Virus record (IMG/VR): IMGVR_UViG_3300021057_000274
Location: 248,001-312,000 of that record
Length of the DNA: 64,000 nt
Strand: one strand, 5' to 3'
Shown one piece after another: positions 28,307-37,693 of this stretch (its first letter is position 1; each line of letters begins with the position of its first letter). The translations under genes were made by a program, and so were the position numbers. The notes beneath the pieces are model-generated. The model made no database searches and was not told the DNA's origin. It saw nothing but the letters and a program-made list of their open reading frames with translations.

Positions 28307-29714
28307 GATCTGCACCATCCACGTCCACGACGAGGTCAACTGCCGCGTCGACGGGCTTCAACCCCAGGACCTCCAGGTCATCTGGGAGAAGTTCGGGATC
28401 TTCGTTGACGGCTACTTTCACATGCCTGCGTACCAGCTCAGGCGGTGGGACGGGAAGATCCGGTTCTTCGACAAGAACGGCAAGACCTACACCAAGCTTC
28501 TTGACGAGATCGTTCCCTACCTTGACACGTGGGGCTACGAGGTCAAGCTAGAGGATCACCGCGTTCAAGCGCCGGTGATCACCGACAGGATCGGAGAGGA
28601 GTTCTTCAATCTCGACGACGGGTGGAAGCTCCGCCCCTACCAGGTCGAGGTCGTCAACGCGCTTCTCTCGGAGGGCTCAGGCTTCGCGGTCTGCGCGACC
28701 GGCGCTGGCAAGACGAGCATGTGCGCGGCGCTCGCGACCGTCCTCTACCTGAACGGTCTCCAGGTCCTCGTCATCGTGCCGTCATCCGACCTGGTCACTC
28801 AGACCGTCGATGACTTTCGTGACAAGCTCAGGATGTATCCGATCACGGTCGGCGAGTACTCCGGAAGCGACAAGGACATCGATCACCCGATCGTCGTCGG
28901 CACCTGGCAAGCGCTTCAAAATGTGCCGCACTACATGCAGTTCTTTCAAGCAGTTCTCGTTGACGAGGCGCACGGCGCGAAGGCGAACGTCATCAAGGAC
29001 TTGCTGAACAACCACGGAAAGCACATCTCTCACAGATATGGCTTCACCGGAACGTTTCCGAAGCCCAAGGCTGACCAGTATAACCTCAAGGCGTCGATCG
29101 GCCAGATCATTCGTGAGGTCACCGCGCGCTGGCTGATCGACCACGGCTACCTAGCGGAAATCGAGATCATCCCTGTCGAGACGGTCGACGAGGATCCTGA
29201 CCTACCCGACTACGCCTCAGAGCAGGCCTACCTCGCGAAGCACGGCGAGCGGACCGCCGCGATCGCGGCGTTCATCGCTGAGAAGCGCGCTGAGCTAGGC
29301 AACACTCTCGTGCTGATCAACCAACAGAAGCTCCAGCAGGGACGCGAGATGGCGGAGATGATCGACGGCGCGGTCTACATGGCGGGCGAGACGAAGAAGG
29401 ACTTTCGGCGCGAGTACTACGACCGCTTTGACACCAACGACCACGAGTGCGGGGTGCTGTCGGCGGGGATCGCGGCGGTTGGGATCGACATCCCACGGAT
29501 CTTCTGCGGTGCTCTGGTCGACGCACCGAAGTCGTTCGTCAAGTGCATCCAGGGCGTCGGGCGGACGCTCCGCAAGGCGGATGACAAGAACAGAGTCGTC
29601 GTCTTCGACGTCTACTCGAAGTTGAAGTACAGCAAGAAGCACTGGAGAGAGCGCAAGAAGTACTACGCTGAGGCGGAGTATCCGGTCAGCGACACCATCA
29701 AGCTGAGGTATTGA
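28299..29714 (+). CDS. uvsW: SF2 DNA helicase UvsW
   Basis: WDGKIRFF, LRPYQ, ATGAGKT, VDEAH, GFTGT, GIDIP, QGVGRTLR. Confidence 0.93.
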   Translation: MSKICTIHVHDEVNCRVDGLQPQDLQVIWEKFGIFVDGYFHMPAYQLRRWDGKIRFFDKNGKTYTKLLDEIVPYLDTWGYEVKLEDHRVQAPVITDRIGEEFFNLDDGWKLRPYQVEVVNALLSEGSGFAVCATGAGKTSMCAALATVLYLNGLQVLVIVPSSDLVTQTVDDFRDKLRMYPITVGEYSGSDKDIDHPIVVGTWQALQNVPHYMQFFQAVLVDEAHGAKANVIKDLLNNHGKHISHRYGFTGTFPKPKADQYNLKASIGQIIREVTARWLIDHGYLAEIEIIPVETVDEDPDLPDYASEQAYLAKHGERTAAIAAFIAEKRAELGNTLVLINQQKLQQGREMAEMIDGAVYMAGETKKDFRREYYDRFDTNDHECGVLSAGIAAVGIDIPRIFCGALVDAPKSFVKCIQGVGRTLRKADDKNRVVVFDVYSKLKYSKKHWRERKKYYAEAEYPVSDTIKLRY

Positions 29715-29715
29715 C

Positions 29716-30021
29716 ATGCAAACTTTAAAGTTGGCGCCTGAGTTGTTTCTGGCGCTAGAGAGAGGCATCAAGAAGGTTACCATCCGCCTGGGTCAACGCG
29801 ATGTCACGCTCGGACGTTTGCTTTTTGAGAGCACGACAAACGTTGACGTCAAGAAGTCGGTTTTCGTGAGAAGTGTCACCCTCACGCGCTTTATCGATCT
29901 CTCCCCTGATGTTGTACAAGCCGAGGGAGCTAAAGATCTAGATGAGCTCTACGAGGCGATGCGGAAGTTCTATCCTAACCTCATGTGGCATGACGTCGTC
30001 ACGGTGATCACATGGCTCTAA
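29716..30021 (+). CDS. ASCH domain protein
   Basis: LERGIKKVTIRLG...QAEGAKDLDELYEAMRKFYP...VTVI. Confidence 0.75.
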   Translation: MQTLKLAPELFLALERGIKKVTIRLGQRDVTLGRLLFESTTNVDVKKSVFVRSVTLTRFIDLSPDVVQAEGAKDLDELYEAMRKFYPNLMWHDVVTVITWL

Positions 30022-30287
30022 GCGTATCGCCGAGTCGCAAGATCTACTACGTATTCTCTGAGGCTGGAGGCGAGGTCGAAGCGATGTTCGACGAGCACGA
30101 TAACATGTTCTCGTACTGGTATTGCAATGACGCTCACTGGCGCAACGAATATTTCGGACACTTCATGAAACAGCTCGGTGTCGAGGTGATCGTGGCTTCC
30201 AGACATCCCGAAATCTATGAGCGACTGTTCCAGATCTTGAAGCGAGAACTCATCAAGGACGGAAACTGGAACGAGGAGGACGAGTGA
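30012..30287 (+). CDS. Hypothetical protein
   Basis: ORF in dense small-gene run. Confidence 0.5.
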   Translation: MALSVSPSRKIYYVFSEAGGEVEAMFDEHDNMFSYWYCNDAHWRNEYFGHFMKQLGVEVIVASRHPEIYERLFQILKRELIKDGNWNEEDE

Positions 30288-30535
30288 GCATCCTCTCCCA
30301 TCACGGACCAAAATCCAAGTGCTTCGCTCCCTGCCAGCCCGGCACCTTCTGCGCGTGCACAGGCAAGATGATTCCCTACGAGCTCGCCGCGCTCCCCTCA
30401 GAGAGCAGCCTCATCGCGACGGCTCTCACGATGTACGCCGAGTGGGTGCACGTGCATGACGGTGATTCTCAGCTAGAGGAGAAGCTCTGGGAGCTAGCCA
30501 CTAAGTATCGAAAGAAGCCCAACGATGAGACGTAA
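30284..30535 (+). CDS. Hypothetical Cys-containing protein
   Basis: Coupled ORF. Confidence 0.45.
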   Translation: MSILSHHGPKSKCFAPCQPGTFCACTGKMIPYELAALPSESSLIATALTMYAEWVHVHDGDSQLEEKLWELATKYRKKPNDET

Positions 30536-30848
30536 GATCTGCGTTCAGATTCAACCGAAGAAGACCGGACCGTACGGAGCCGCGATCGCGATCACGCGCT
30601 TGCTCGAGCTCGGCAAGAACGATGACATTCGTGAGCTCTTCATGTACCGCGGACGAGACCACGTCACCTTTACGTTCGTCGCGCGCAAGACAAGCTTGAT
30701 CATCAGAGAGATTCGCACGATTGAAAAGATCCTCTGGAAACAAGCCGAAAACGGAGGGATGATCGCGGTGCGAGAAGGCTCTCGCGGCTGGGATAATTAC
30801 ACCATGCTCTACGGCAAGGGTGGAGCCTACATCAAGGAGAACACATGA
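30525..30848 (+). CDS. Hypothetical protein
   Basis: Coupled ORF. Confidence 0.5.
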   Translation: MRRKICVQIQPKKTGPYGAAIAITRLLELGKNDDIRELFMYRGRDHVTFTFVARKTSLIIREIRTIEKILWKQAENGGMIAVREGSRGWDNYTMLYGKGGAYIKENT

Positions 30849-31120
30849 AGATCACGATCGCAGATTTTGACTACACCAAGTCCGACGGCGACACGACCCA
30901 CCGTCGCATCCTCGTGCTCGGCCGGCCGTCCGACTCTTACTTCGGCGTCGAGGTTGACTCGGAGAAGGACATTGACCGCTACGCCGCTTACCTTCTCGAG
31001 AAGGAGGAGATGGACGAGAAGCTCAAGAAGAAGCACAAGATCAACGACGCGACCGTGAGGTATCGTCGCTTCAAGGAGGACGGGATCACGGTCCTCGCCG
31101 AGGACAAGCGAGAGGTCTGA
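30845..31120 (+). CDS. Hypothetical protein, WYL/Sm-like beta pattern
   Basis: FDYTKSDGDTTHRRILV; RBS AGGAG. Confidence 0.5.
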   Translation: MKITIADFDYTKSDGDTTHRRILVLGRPSDSYFGVEVDSEKDIDRYAAYLLEKEEMDEKLKKKHKINDATVRYRRFKEDGITVLAEDKREV

Positions 31121-31302
31121 TGGCTAAGAAAAAACGGCCTCCTGAGATGCAGGAGGCCGTTGACCTCTTCATGAAGTTTCTCAACGAGGTCATGGAGGAG
31201 GACTTTCGCCGCATGCGCGCGGGTTACGAGACGATCGCCGAGCGCTCAGAGCGACTCTCTCGACGCGACGCGCGCGGGCGCTGGAAGAAAGCCGAGTCCT
31301 AA
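31120..31302 (+). CDS. Hypothetical protein
   Basis: RBS GAGG; coupled ORF. Confidence 0.45.
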   Translation: MAKKKRPPEMQEAVDLFMKFLNEVMEEDFRRMRAGYETIAERSERLSRRDARGRWKKAES

Positions 31303-31333
31303 ACTAACAATTTTCTTTCACGGAAATTTGAGT

Positions 31334-31339
31334 TACAAT
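31334..31339 (+). promoter_or_regulatory. Sigma70-like -10 element
   Basis: TACAAT in AT-rich intergenic gap. Confidence 0.5.
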
Positions 31340-31361
31340 CTCAAGGTCCAATCCAAAGGGA

Positions 31362-31874
31362 ATGATGCAATTCTTAGCTGACTTCAAATTTCCATACATC
31401 ATCGACAACGTCTCAGGTCCCGTCGTTCCGAAGTATTGCTGGTACTACGACGTTGAGGTCAACGACTTCCTCCTCAGGCCGATCCACCTTCTCGAGGAGA
31501 CCACTGGCCCGACGGTAACGGTGATGATCAACGGACTCACCTTCAAGGTTCCCGCCTCGTGGAACCTTCTCGTGGTCGACGAGGAGACCAAGCTCGTCGA
31601 CACGGTGCAGATCACGCAGTGCACCTCTAGCAACTACCAGGCGTTTCTGATGCACCCTGACGAAAACCGTCCCGCGTTCTCGTCGGTCGTGTTGCTTGAC
31701 CTCTCGATGAGAGAGGCCTGCGTTCACGTCACGATCCCGAAGATGCACATGATCCTCCACCCGGTCGGACCGATCACCAACGGTACCAAGGACCGCAACT
31801 TCTCTTGCTTGCTCTCGCCCCAAGACCTCGGCAAGCACATGATCGGGATGACGGCGATGGAGGTGTTGATCTGA
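31362..31874 (+). CDS. Hypothetical protein
   Basis: ORF after promoter. Confidence 0.55.
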   Translation: MMQFLADFKFPYIIDNVSGPVVPKYCWYYDVEVNDFLLRPIHLLEETTGPTVTVMINGLTFKVPASWNLLVVDEETKLVDTVQITQCTSSNYQAFLMHPDENRPAFSSVVLLDLSMREACVHVTIPKMHMILHPVGPITNGTKDRNFSCLLSPQDLGKHMIGMTAMEVLI

Positions 31875-31995
31875 ACCCGTACCTCTCGCCGAAAGCGATC
31901 AAGTTAGCCTCTACGTCTAGCAAGAGAGCCTCAATCATGAGGCTACAACGTGCTGGAATTCTCACGAAGACCGGCAGATTGGCAAAGCCTTACCG

Positions 31996-32193
31996 ATGAA
32001 AAAATACGAACAGCTCCAAACCCCCCGAGAGAAAGCGGCGCACCTCGAGGATCTCATGACTACTCTCTACAGCGGCCTGCGCGGCTGCTGTGGGCAGCTC
32101 CACGCGTACTCAGATAACCGCGAGCTCATCAAGCGCCTGCTCCAGGGAGAGCTAGAGCGCCAACAAGCCATCGCAAAGTGCAGAAGTACCTAG
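31996..32193 (+). CDS. Hypothetical protein
   Basis: ORF in operon. Confidence 0.45.
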   Translation: MKKYEQLQTPREKAAHLEDLMTTLYSGLRGCCGQLHAYSDNRELIKRLLQGELERQQAIAKCRST

Positions 32194-32717
32194 GACCAGA
32201 ACGCCGTGAAGGCACCTACGTAAGCGCAAAGTATAAGCAGAAGTCAGCGATCGATCTAATGGCCTGGGCAACTCTCTGCGGCATCCCCGAGCCGCTCCCG
32301 TTCGCGAAGTATCACACCACGATCCTCTACAGCCGAGTTCAGCTCCCCGCCGCTCACGGCCTCATCTATGACTCACGGAAGAGCGATGAGGTTTGGGAGT
32401 GTATGCCGATCGAGCTCAAGCTCTTCGAGTCACGCGGCCGTCTCGGCGAGGTCGGAAAAGCAGCGCTCTGCCTCGTTCTCAGCGCTCCTCAGATCGAGAA
32501 CATCCACGTGCAACTCCGCGCTGCAGGCGGCACCCACGACTTCGATGACTATGTTCCTCACCTCACCCTCACCTATAAGTGCCCACCCGACTTCGACCTC
32601 ACGAGCCTGCCACTCCCGACCGAGGCTCTCCTGGTAGATCAAGTCAAGGCTGAGCCGCTTGATCTAGAGTGGGCTGAAAAGAAGAAGGTAAAGACCGATG
32701 AGAAGCAAGCCAACTAA
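32178..32717 (+). CDS. acb1: Anti-CBASS nuclease Acb1 (2H phosphoesterase, T4 57B-like)
   Basis: GTYVSAKY, HTTILYSRV, GGTHDFDDYVPHLTLTY, EPLDLEW closely parallel T4 57B (HSTICYSRV, GATHDFDDYTPHITLSY, EPLKLDW). Confidence 0.85.
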   Translation: MQKYLGPERREGTYVSAKYKQKSAIDLMAWATLCGIPEPLPFAKYHTTILYSRVQLPAAHGLIYDSRKSDEVWECMPIELKLFESRGRLGEVGKAALCLVLSAPQIENIHVQLRAAGGTHDFDDYVPHLTLTYKCPPDFDLTSLPLPTEALLVDQVKAEPLDLEWAEKKKVKTDEKQAN

Positions 32718-32961
32718 CTCAAACTACCGCGACAACTATGACGCGATCTTCGGCAAGAAGAAGCCAGAGGTGACCTATGAGCTCTGGCAAGATCATCCCG
32801 GGAGCAACTCCTTCACGTTCATCAGCGAGACGAACGAGTCGTCTAGACGCTCCCTCGCGCCAGACGCGATCCTCCTAACGAAGATCACGTCGTCGTCGTT
32901 CTACCGCGCGAATCAGCTCAAGAACTCCTTCCTCAAGGAGTACACGAAGGAGCACAAGTGA
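32698..32961 (+). CDS. Hypothetical protein
   Basis: Coupled ORF. Confidence 0.5.
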   Translation: MRSKPTNSNYRDNYDAIFGKKKPEVTYELWQDHPGSNSFTFISETNESSRRSLAPDAILLTKITSSSFYRANQLKNSFLKEYTKEHK

Positions 32962-34103
32962 AGGCCGCGATCGACCTGATCTGCCGCAAGCTCGCGTCGA
33001 GCGAGTACTCTCACCAGGTGAGCTGGGCTCACCTCAGGGCCAACCAGCTCCGCAACATCGCGAGAGAGAACCCCGGCTGCGGGATCCCTGAGACGATCGA
33101 GGTCCAGGACTTTGACGGCCCTCGCCACTCCCGCGACTGGTCAGAGTACGACGTCGTCTACATCTACCACGGGATGGACTACAAGCCAGGCCCGTACATC
33201 AACGTCTTCGACGGTTTGGTCGAGCACGCCGCCAAGTTCTTCGAGCGCCTGATCTGGCCGCAGCATCGCCACATCAAGTTCGTCTCGCTCGACATCGAGA
33301 TGCCACCCTACGGTCGTCTCTGTCGAGACAAGAAGGGTACCCGCTCTGCCTACTGGGCGAACGTCGACTGGAACGCGGTGCAAGCCAAGTGCGAAGCGAT
33401 CACCGAGGTCGTCCGCGACCCATGCAAGCACTTCGCGCCGGGCAAGTACCGACATCTCGTGATCGGCGACTCTCACGCGCACTCGGCCTACAAGGCTACC
33501 TCGATGGTTCTCCGCAAGGACGAGCGTACTCTCGCTGGCGTGCTGCGCAAGGGCATCGAGAACGAGATCAAGGAGTACGGCGGTTGGGACATGAGCGAGA
33601 TCGACTCGCTCACTTGTTACTGGGGAAACATCGACATCCGTCACCACCTCTGCCGCACCGCTGATCCGCTTCAGGCGACTCGCGACCTGCTCAAGACCTA
33701 TGAGGACGCGTTGCTCAAGTTGAATCGTCCGATCGAGCTCGTGACGATGCTACCGATCGAGGATGAGTCGCGCCCCCTCCCAAAGTCGGGCTATTACGGT
33801 GATCGCTCTGACAACAAAACGCCCTTCTTTGGCTCTCGCGCTGAGCGCATCAAGGTCATGACCGCCTTCAATGATCTCCTTCGCGAGATGGCTGCGAGAA
33901 ACTCAGGCTGGACGATCTACGAGTGGCCCAAGCTCTGGTACGAAATGGACGGCGTCGAGTTCATGGACACGATCATGGAGCGCCCACGCTCGGTGCATCT
34001 AGCGAGAAAGTACTATCGTTGGGACCTCCTCAACAACGTACCCAACCCGAACCACGCGCCCGCCGCTGTGCCTGTCCCAAAGAAGAGCCTCCTCGAGTTC
34101 TGA
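32958..34103 (+). CDS. SGNH/GDSL-fold protein, putative DNA-modification enzyme
   Basis: VIGDSHAH block I, GNIDIRHH block III, SVHL block V; ends KKSLLEF. Confidence 0.65.
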   Translation: MKAAIDLICRKLASSEYSHQVSWAHLRANQLRNIARENPGCGIPETIEVQDFDGPRHSRDWSEYDVVYIYHGMDYKPGPYINVFDGLVEHAAKFFERLIWPQHRHIKFVSLDIEMPPYGRLCRDKKGTRSAYWANVDWNAVQAKCEAITEVVRDPCKHFAPGKYRHLVIGDSHAHSAYKATSMVLRKDERTLAGVLRKGIENEIKEYGGWDMSEIDSLTCYWGNIDIRHHLCRTADPLQATRDLLKTYEDALLKLNRPIELVTMLPIEDESRPLPKSGYYGDRSDNKTPFFGSRAERIKVMTAFNDLLREMAARNSGWTIYEWPKLWYEMDGVEFMDTIMERPRSVHLARKYYRWDLLNNVPNPNHAPAAVPVPKKSLLEF

Positions 34104-34104
34104 G

Positions 34105-34503
34105 ATGAGCGCTCGGCTCTACAAGTCGCACACCTACGTCGATGACTACACGGTCGTCGTACATGCCACCGGGTTTGACTTGAACGACCACCCGGACCTG
34201 CAAAATGATCTCCACATCAAGTGCGAAGCTATCTTCACTAAGTCGTTTGCGATATTTGACGGCATCGGGATGCTTGAGAACCTTCACACCGCGGAGACCG
34301 CGAGGGCTCTCCTCGATCGGCTCTCTAGCATCTTGACGGAGCAGATGGGGATTGAGGTTAAGATCATTGACTTTCAAGCCTCTTTAGACTTGCTGCACAT
34401 GAGGAATCTCGCTTACTTCAAGGTCAGCATCGATCCAGAGGTCTATAAGAACGCCGGAGCTAAGAGGTTGCTTGAGCTCCTCTGTCAACCAGCTCAAGAA
34501 TAA
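34105..34503 (+). CDS. Hypothetical protein
   Basis: ORF in operon. Confidence 0.5.
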   Translation: MSARLYKSHTYVDDYTVVVHATGFDLNDHPDLQNDLHIKCEAIFTKSFAIFDGIGMLENLHTAETARALLDRLSSILTEQMGIEVKIIDFQASLDLLHMRNLAYFKVSIDPEVYKNAGAKRLLELLCQPAQE

Positions 34504-34533
34504 ATACCCTCACGATGCGTTGCTTGTTAGAAT
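34501..34533 (+). promoter_or_regulatory. TAAAT-N20-GTTAGAAT promoter before ino1
   Basis: Same motif and spacing at 46459 and 62891. Confidence 0.6.
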
Positions 34534-34716
34534 AGCATCGTCGACCTACTCTCTGCTGAGCACAGTCTCGGACGAGCCAAAAGCCGGCAACACCAGGTGG
34601 TGTTGATCGTCGTAAAACTGATTCCGGTTCATAGCGGTCATCTAGGTTCATCCTCCTTGATCGTCGACGCAACGGCCGTGTAGCCGTTTTGAGCAACAGA
34701 CGTACAGGAAGCCAAA

Positions 34717-35859
34717 ATGTCTAAGAAAATTCGTGTCGCCGTAGCAGGCATCGGAAATTGCTTTTCCTCTCTCTATCAGGGTCTCGAGTTCTACAAGGAC
34801 ACCGACCCGGACAGCGGGATCATTCCGGGCGTGATGCACATGCGCATCGGTGGCTATCATCCGGCCGATATCCAGATCGTTGCGGCATTCGACGTCGATC
34901 GACGCAAGGTCGGTCGCCCCGTCGGCGAGGCGATCTTCGCTGCACCGAACTGCGCTCGCGTGTTCTGTCAGGATGTTCCGGACGGACCGATTGTGCAGAT
35001 GGGTCCGGTCATGGATGGGGTGTCGGATTACATGCAAGAGCAGCCAGAGAAGATCGGCTTTCGCGTCTCGAACGAGGAGCCGGTCAACATCGTTCAGGTT
35101 CTTCAAGATACGAAGGCAGACATTCTGATCAACTACCTCCCGGTCGGCTCCGAGACCGCCTCTAAGCATTACGCTCAGTGCGCGATCGCTGCTGGGGTCG
35201 CTTTCATGAATTGCATCCCGGTCTTCATCGCCTCTGATCCGGAGTGGGAGAAACGGTTCATCGAGGCTGGGCTTCCGATCATCGGCGATGACATGCGCAG
35301 CCAGTTCGGGGCGTCGATCATGTCGCAGATCCTCCAAGAGACCGCCTTCGATCGCGGCTGTGACGTGCTCTACCACCAGCAGATCAACATCGGGGGCAAC
35401 ACGGACTTCAACAACATGATGGTGCAAAGTCGGCTGAAGTCAAAGAAGATCTCGAAGGAGAACGTGATTCGCGCTCAGAACGACCTGCGCGGAATCCCGG
35501 TTGACCCCGACGCGCTCTTCGCCGGGCCCTCGACGTTCATCCCGTACCTCAAGGACAACAAGGTCGCGTACATCAATCACCGTCTGCTCGGGTTCGGCGG
35601 CGCTCCGATCGACATCGACGTCAAGCTCTCGGTGCAAGACTCCGAGAACTCGGCGGGGGTGGTGATCGACGCGGTGCGCTACCTCAAGGTCGCGAGAGAA
35701 GAGGGGATCGTCGGCGCTCTGCGCGGACCGTCGGCCTTCACCCAGAAGACCCCTCCACAGCAGATGCGCCTCAACGACGCGAAGGAGGAGTGTGACGCGT
35801 TCGCGAGGCGCGACCTGGCGGCGCTCAAGGCGGTCAACAAGTTCAAGAGCAAGATCTAA
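34717..35859 (+). CDS. ino1: myo-inositol-1-phosphate (inositol-3-phosphate) synthase, bacterial/archaeal type
   Basis: VAVAGIGNCFSSLYQG, VAAFDVD, NYLPVGSE, GDDMRSQFGA, NIGGNTDF, SKKISK, DSENSAG, KTPP. Confidence 0.93.
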   Translation: MSKKIRVAVAGIGNCFSSLYQGLEFYKDTDPDSGIIPGVMHMRIGGYHPADIQIVAAFDVDRRKVGRPVGEAIFAAPNCARVFCQDVPDGPIVQMGPVMDGVSDYMQEQPEKIGFRVSNEEPVNIVQVLQDTKADILINYLPVGSETASKHYAQCAIAAGVAFMNCIPVFIASDPEWEKRFIEAGLPIIGDDMRSQFGASIMSQILQETAFDRGCDVLYHQQINIGGNTDFNNMMVQSRLKSKKISKENVIRAQNDLRGIPVDPDALFAGPSTFIPYLKDNKVAYINHRLLGFGGAPIDIDVKLSVQDSENSAGVVIDAVRYLKVAREEGIVGALRGPSAFTQKTPPQQMRLNDAKEECDAFARRDLAALKAVNKFKSKI

Positions 35860-35870
35860 CCAAGGAATCA

Positions 35871-37097
35871 ATGAGCACCAACTCGATCTACAACTTCAAC
35901 GTCGGAGTACACAGCGCAGAGGAAGCGGCAGGCATGTCGATCCTGGCGATGCAGGAGCGCTTTCGCAAGCTCGGCGTCTCGTTCTTCAGCTGGGAGAAGG
36001 AGATGGTCGTTAACATGCCGAAGAAGCTCTTTCTCGACGAGGTGCTCAGGATCATCGAGGAGCTAGACGAGAGCATCAGCTACACCAACGTGATGGTGCT
36101 CTCGCCTGGCATCGTCGAGATAACGCTCTCGAAGCAACGGCCAGAGAGCATGCTCGAGACCCAGGACGAGCTTCGAGTCTACATCAAGCTCAACAGCTGG
36201 GAGTACTACGACGAGTACGGTGAGGAGACTCAGTTCCCCTTCGTCACCCAAAAGGACGAGATGGTCTGCGTCGCGAACATCGAGGTGATGGGACAGAGCT
36301 GGCTCGCCGAGATCTTCATCCCGAAGCTGCTCGAGTGCGTCAATCAGCACCGCCAGTCCGACAAGATCTCGCTCATCAAGTGGCTCTACTCGTCTCAGCA
36401 TGGCACCGCGAGCAAGGTCTTTCAGATTCGCAAGGACTGGGAGATCAACCCCGTCTACTACCCGTGGCTCAAGCAGCATCTCAGCGAGCTAAACATCGCT
36501 GGGGAGGAGAGCCTTCGTCCCTACTACCACGCCTTCCTCAAGAGCCAGTCACAGATCCTCGTGCTCTTCGGTGAACCTGGCACCGGCAAGACGTCGTTCA
36601 TCCGTGACATGATCTGCGAGATGGGACTCAACGCGCTCATCTCGTACGACCTCAAGGTGCTGACGTCGGATCACACGTTCATCGAGTACCTGACGAGCGA
36701 CATCTTCGACCTGATCGTGGTCGAGGACGCTGACGACCTGCTCACCTCCTCCCGGAGCGAGAACAACAAGGTCATCTCGAAGATCCTCAACGTCTCGGAC
36801 GGCATCATCAAGCTCCCCAAGAAAAAGATGATCTTCACGACGAACTTGCGCGACGTCAGCGAGATCGACAACGCGGTCTACCGTCTCGGTCGCTGCTTCG
36901 ACGTCGTTAACTTCAGAAAGCTCGACCACGTTGAGGCTCAGAGCGTCGCTGACGCGCTTGACATCAAGCTTCCAGAGAAGAAGGGCGACAGCTACGCATT
37001 GTCAGACCTCTTCTTCTTGAAGAACCTCGGGAACAGCGATGATCCGTTCGTCAAGCGCAACGAGGAGCGTCTCAAGAAGAAGCTAGGCTTCGTTTGA
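35871..37097 (+). CDS. AAA+ ATPase
   Basis: GEPGTGKTS, LIVVEDAD, ILNVSDG, IFTTN, RLGRCFD. Confidence 0.85.
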   Translation: MSTNSIYNFNVGVHSAEEAAGMSILAMQERFRKLGVSFFSWEKEMVVNMPKKLFLDEVLRIIEELDESISYTNVMVLSPGIVEITLSKQRPESMLETQDELRVYIKLNSWEYYDEYGEETQFPFVTQKDEMVCVANIEVMGQSWLAEIFIPKLLECVNQHRQSDKISLIKWLYSSQHGTASKVFQIRKDWEINPVYYPWLKQHLSELNIAGEESLRPYYHAFLKSQSQILVLFGEPGTGKTSFIRDMICEMGLNALISYDLKVLTSDHTFIEYLTSDIFDLIVVEDADDLLTSSRSENNKVISKILNVSDGIIKLPKKKMIFTTNLRDVSEIDNAVYRLGRCFDVVNFRKLDHVEAQSVADALDIKLPEKKGDSYALSDLFFLKNLGNSDDPFVKRNEERLKKKLGFV

Positions 37098-37693
37098 CGA
37101 TTCACAATCTCTTTCCGATCCCAATCGGCTCTTACAAGATCGGAAGAGAGCTGACGCTTGATGAGCTAAAGTATCTCGACGGCTTACTAAGACGACCGAA
37201 CGTCGGAAACGCTACCAGTTGCAGCTCAACGATCCTTGAGAGCCAGGAGCTGAGCGAGCTTACAAGGTTCATCCTCGGATCACTTAAGAGCTACTTCATC
37301 CAGGTCTACGACCCGCTCCACGACGTTAAGCTCAAGATCACCCAGAGCTGGTGCAACTACACGAAGCCCGGTCAGCATCACCACAAGCACAACCACGGCA
37401 ACAGCTTCATCTCAGGCGTGTTCTACGTCAAGGCCGACAAGATGATCGATAAGCTTTACTTTTATCAGGACGCGTATCAGCAACTCCAAATTCAGCCCAA
37501 AGTTTGGAATCTCTGGAACGCGCGCTCGTGGTGGCTAGAGGTAGGAGCTGGTGACTTACTCCTCTTCCCCTCTGCCTTGACCCACGAAGTAGCCGCGGTT
37601 GAGGGCACCGAAGAGCGAATCAGCATCTCCTTCAACACCTTCCCCATCGGAATCCTCGGGGACGAGAGAGATCTAACGCTGGTAAAAGTTTAG
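37094..37693 (+). CDS. 2OG-Fe(II) oxygenase (TIGR02466-like)
   Basis: SWCN...HHKHNHGNSFISGVFYV...GDLLLFPSALTHEV...RISISFN. Confidence 0.85.
   Translation: MTIHNLFPIPIGSYKIGRELTLDELKYLDGLLRRPNVGNATSCSSTILESQELSELTRFILGSLKSYFIQVYDPLHDVKLKITQSWCNYTKPGQHHHKHNHGNSFISGVFYVKADKMIDKLYFYQDAYQQLQIQPKVWNLWNARSWWLEVGAGDLLLFPSALTHEVAAVEGTEERISISFNTFPIGILGDERDLTLVKV

Noticed and set aside
37094-37693. TET/JBP 5mC dioxygenase assignment
   Set aside because: First iron motif is H-x-H rather than H-x-D and the sequence fits the TIGR02466-like family
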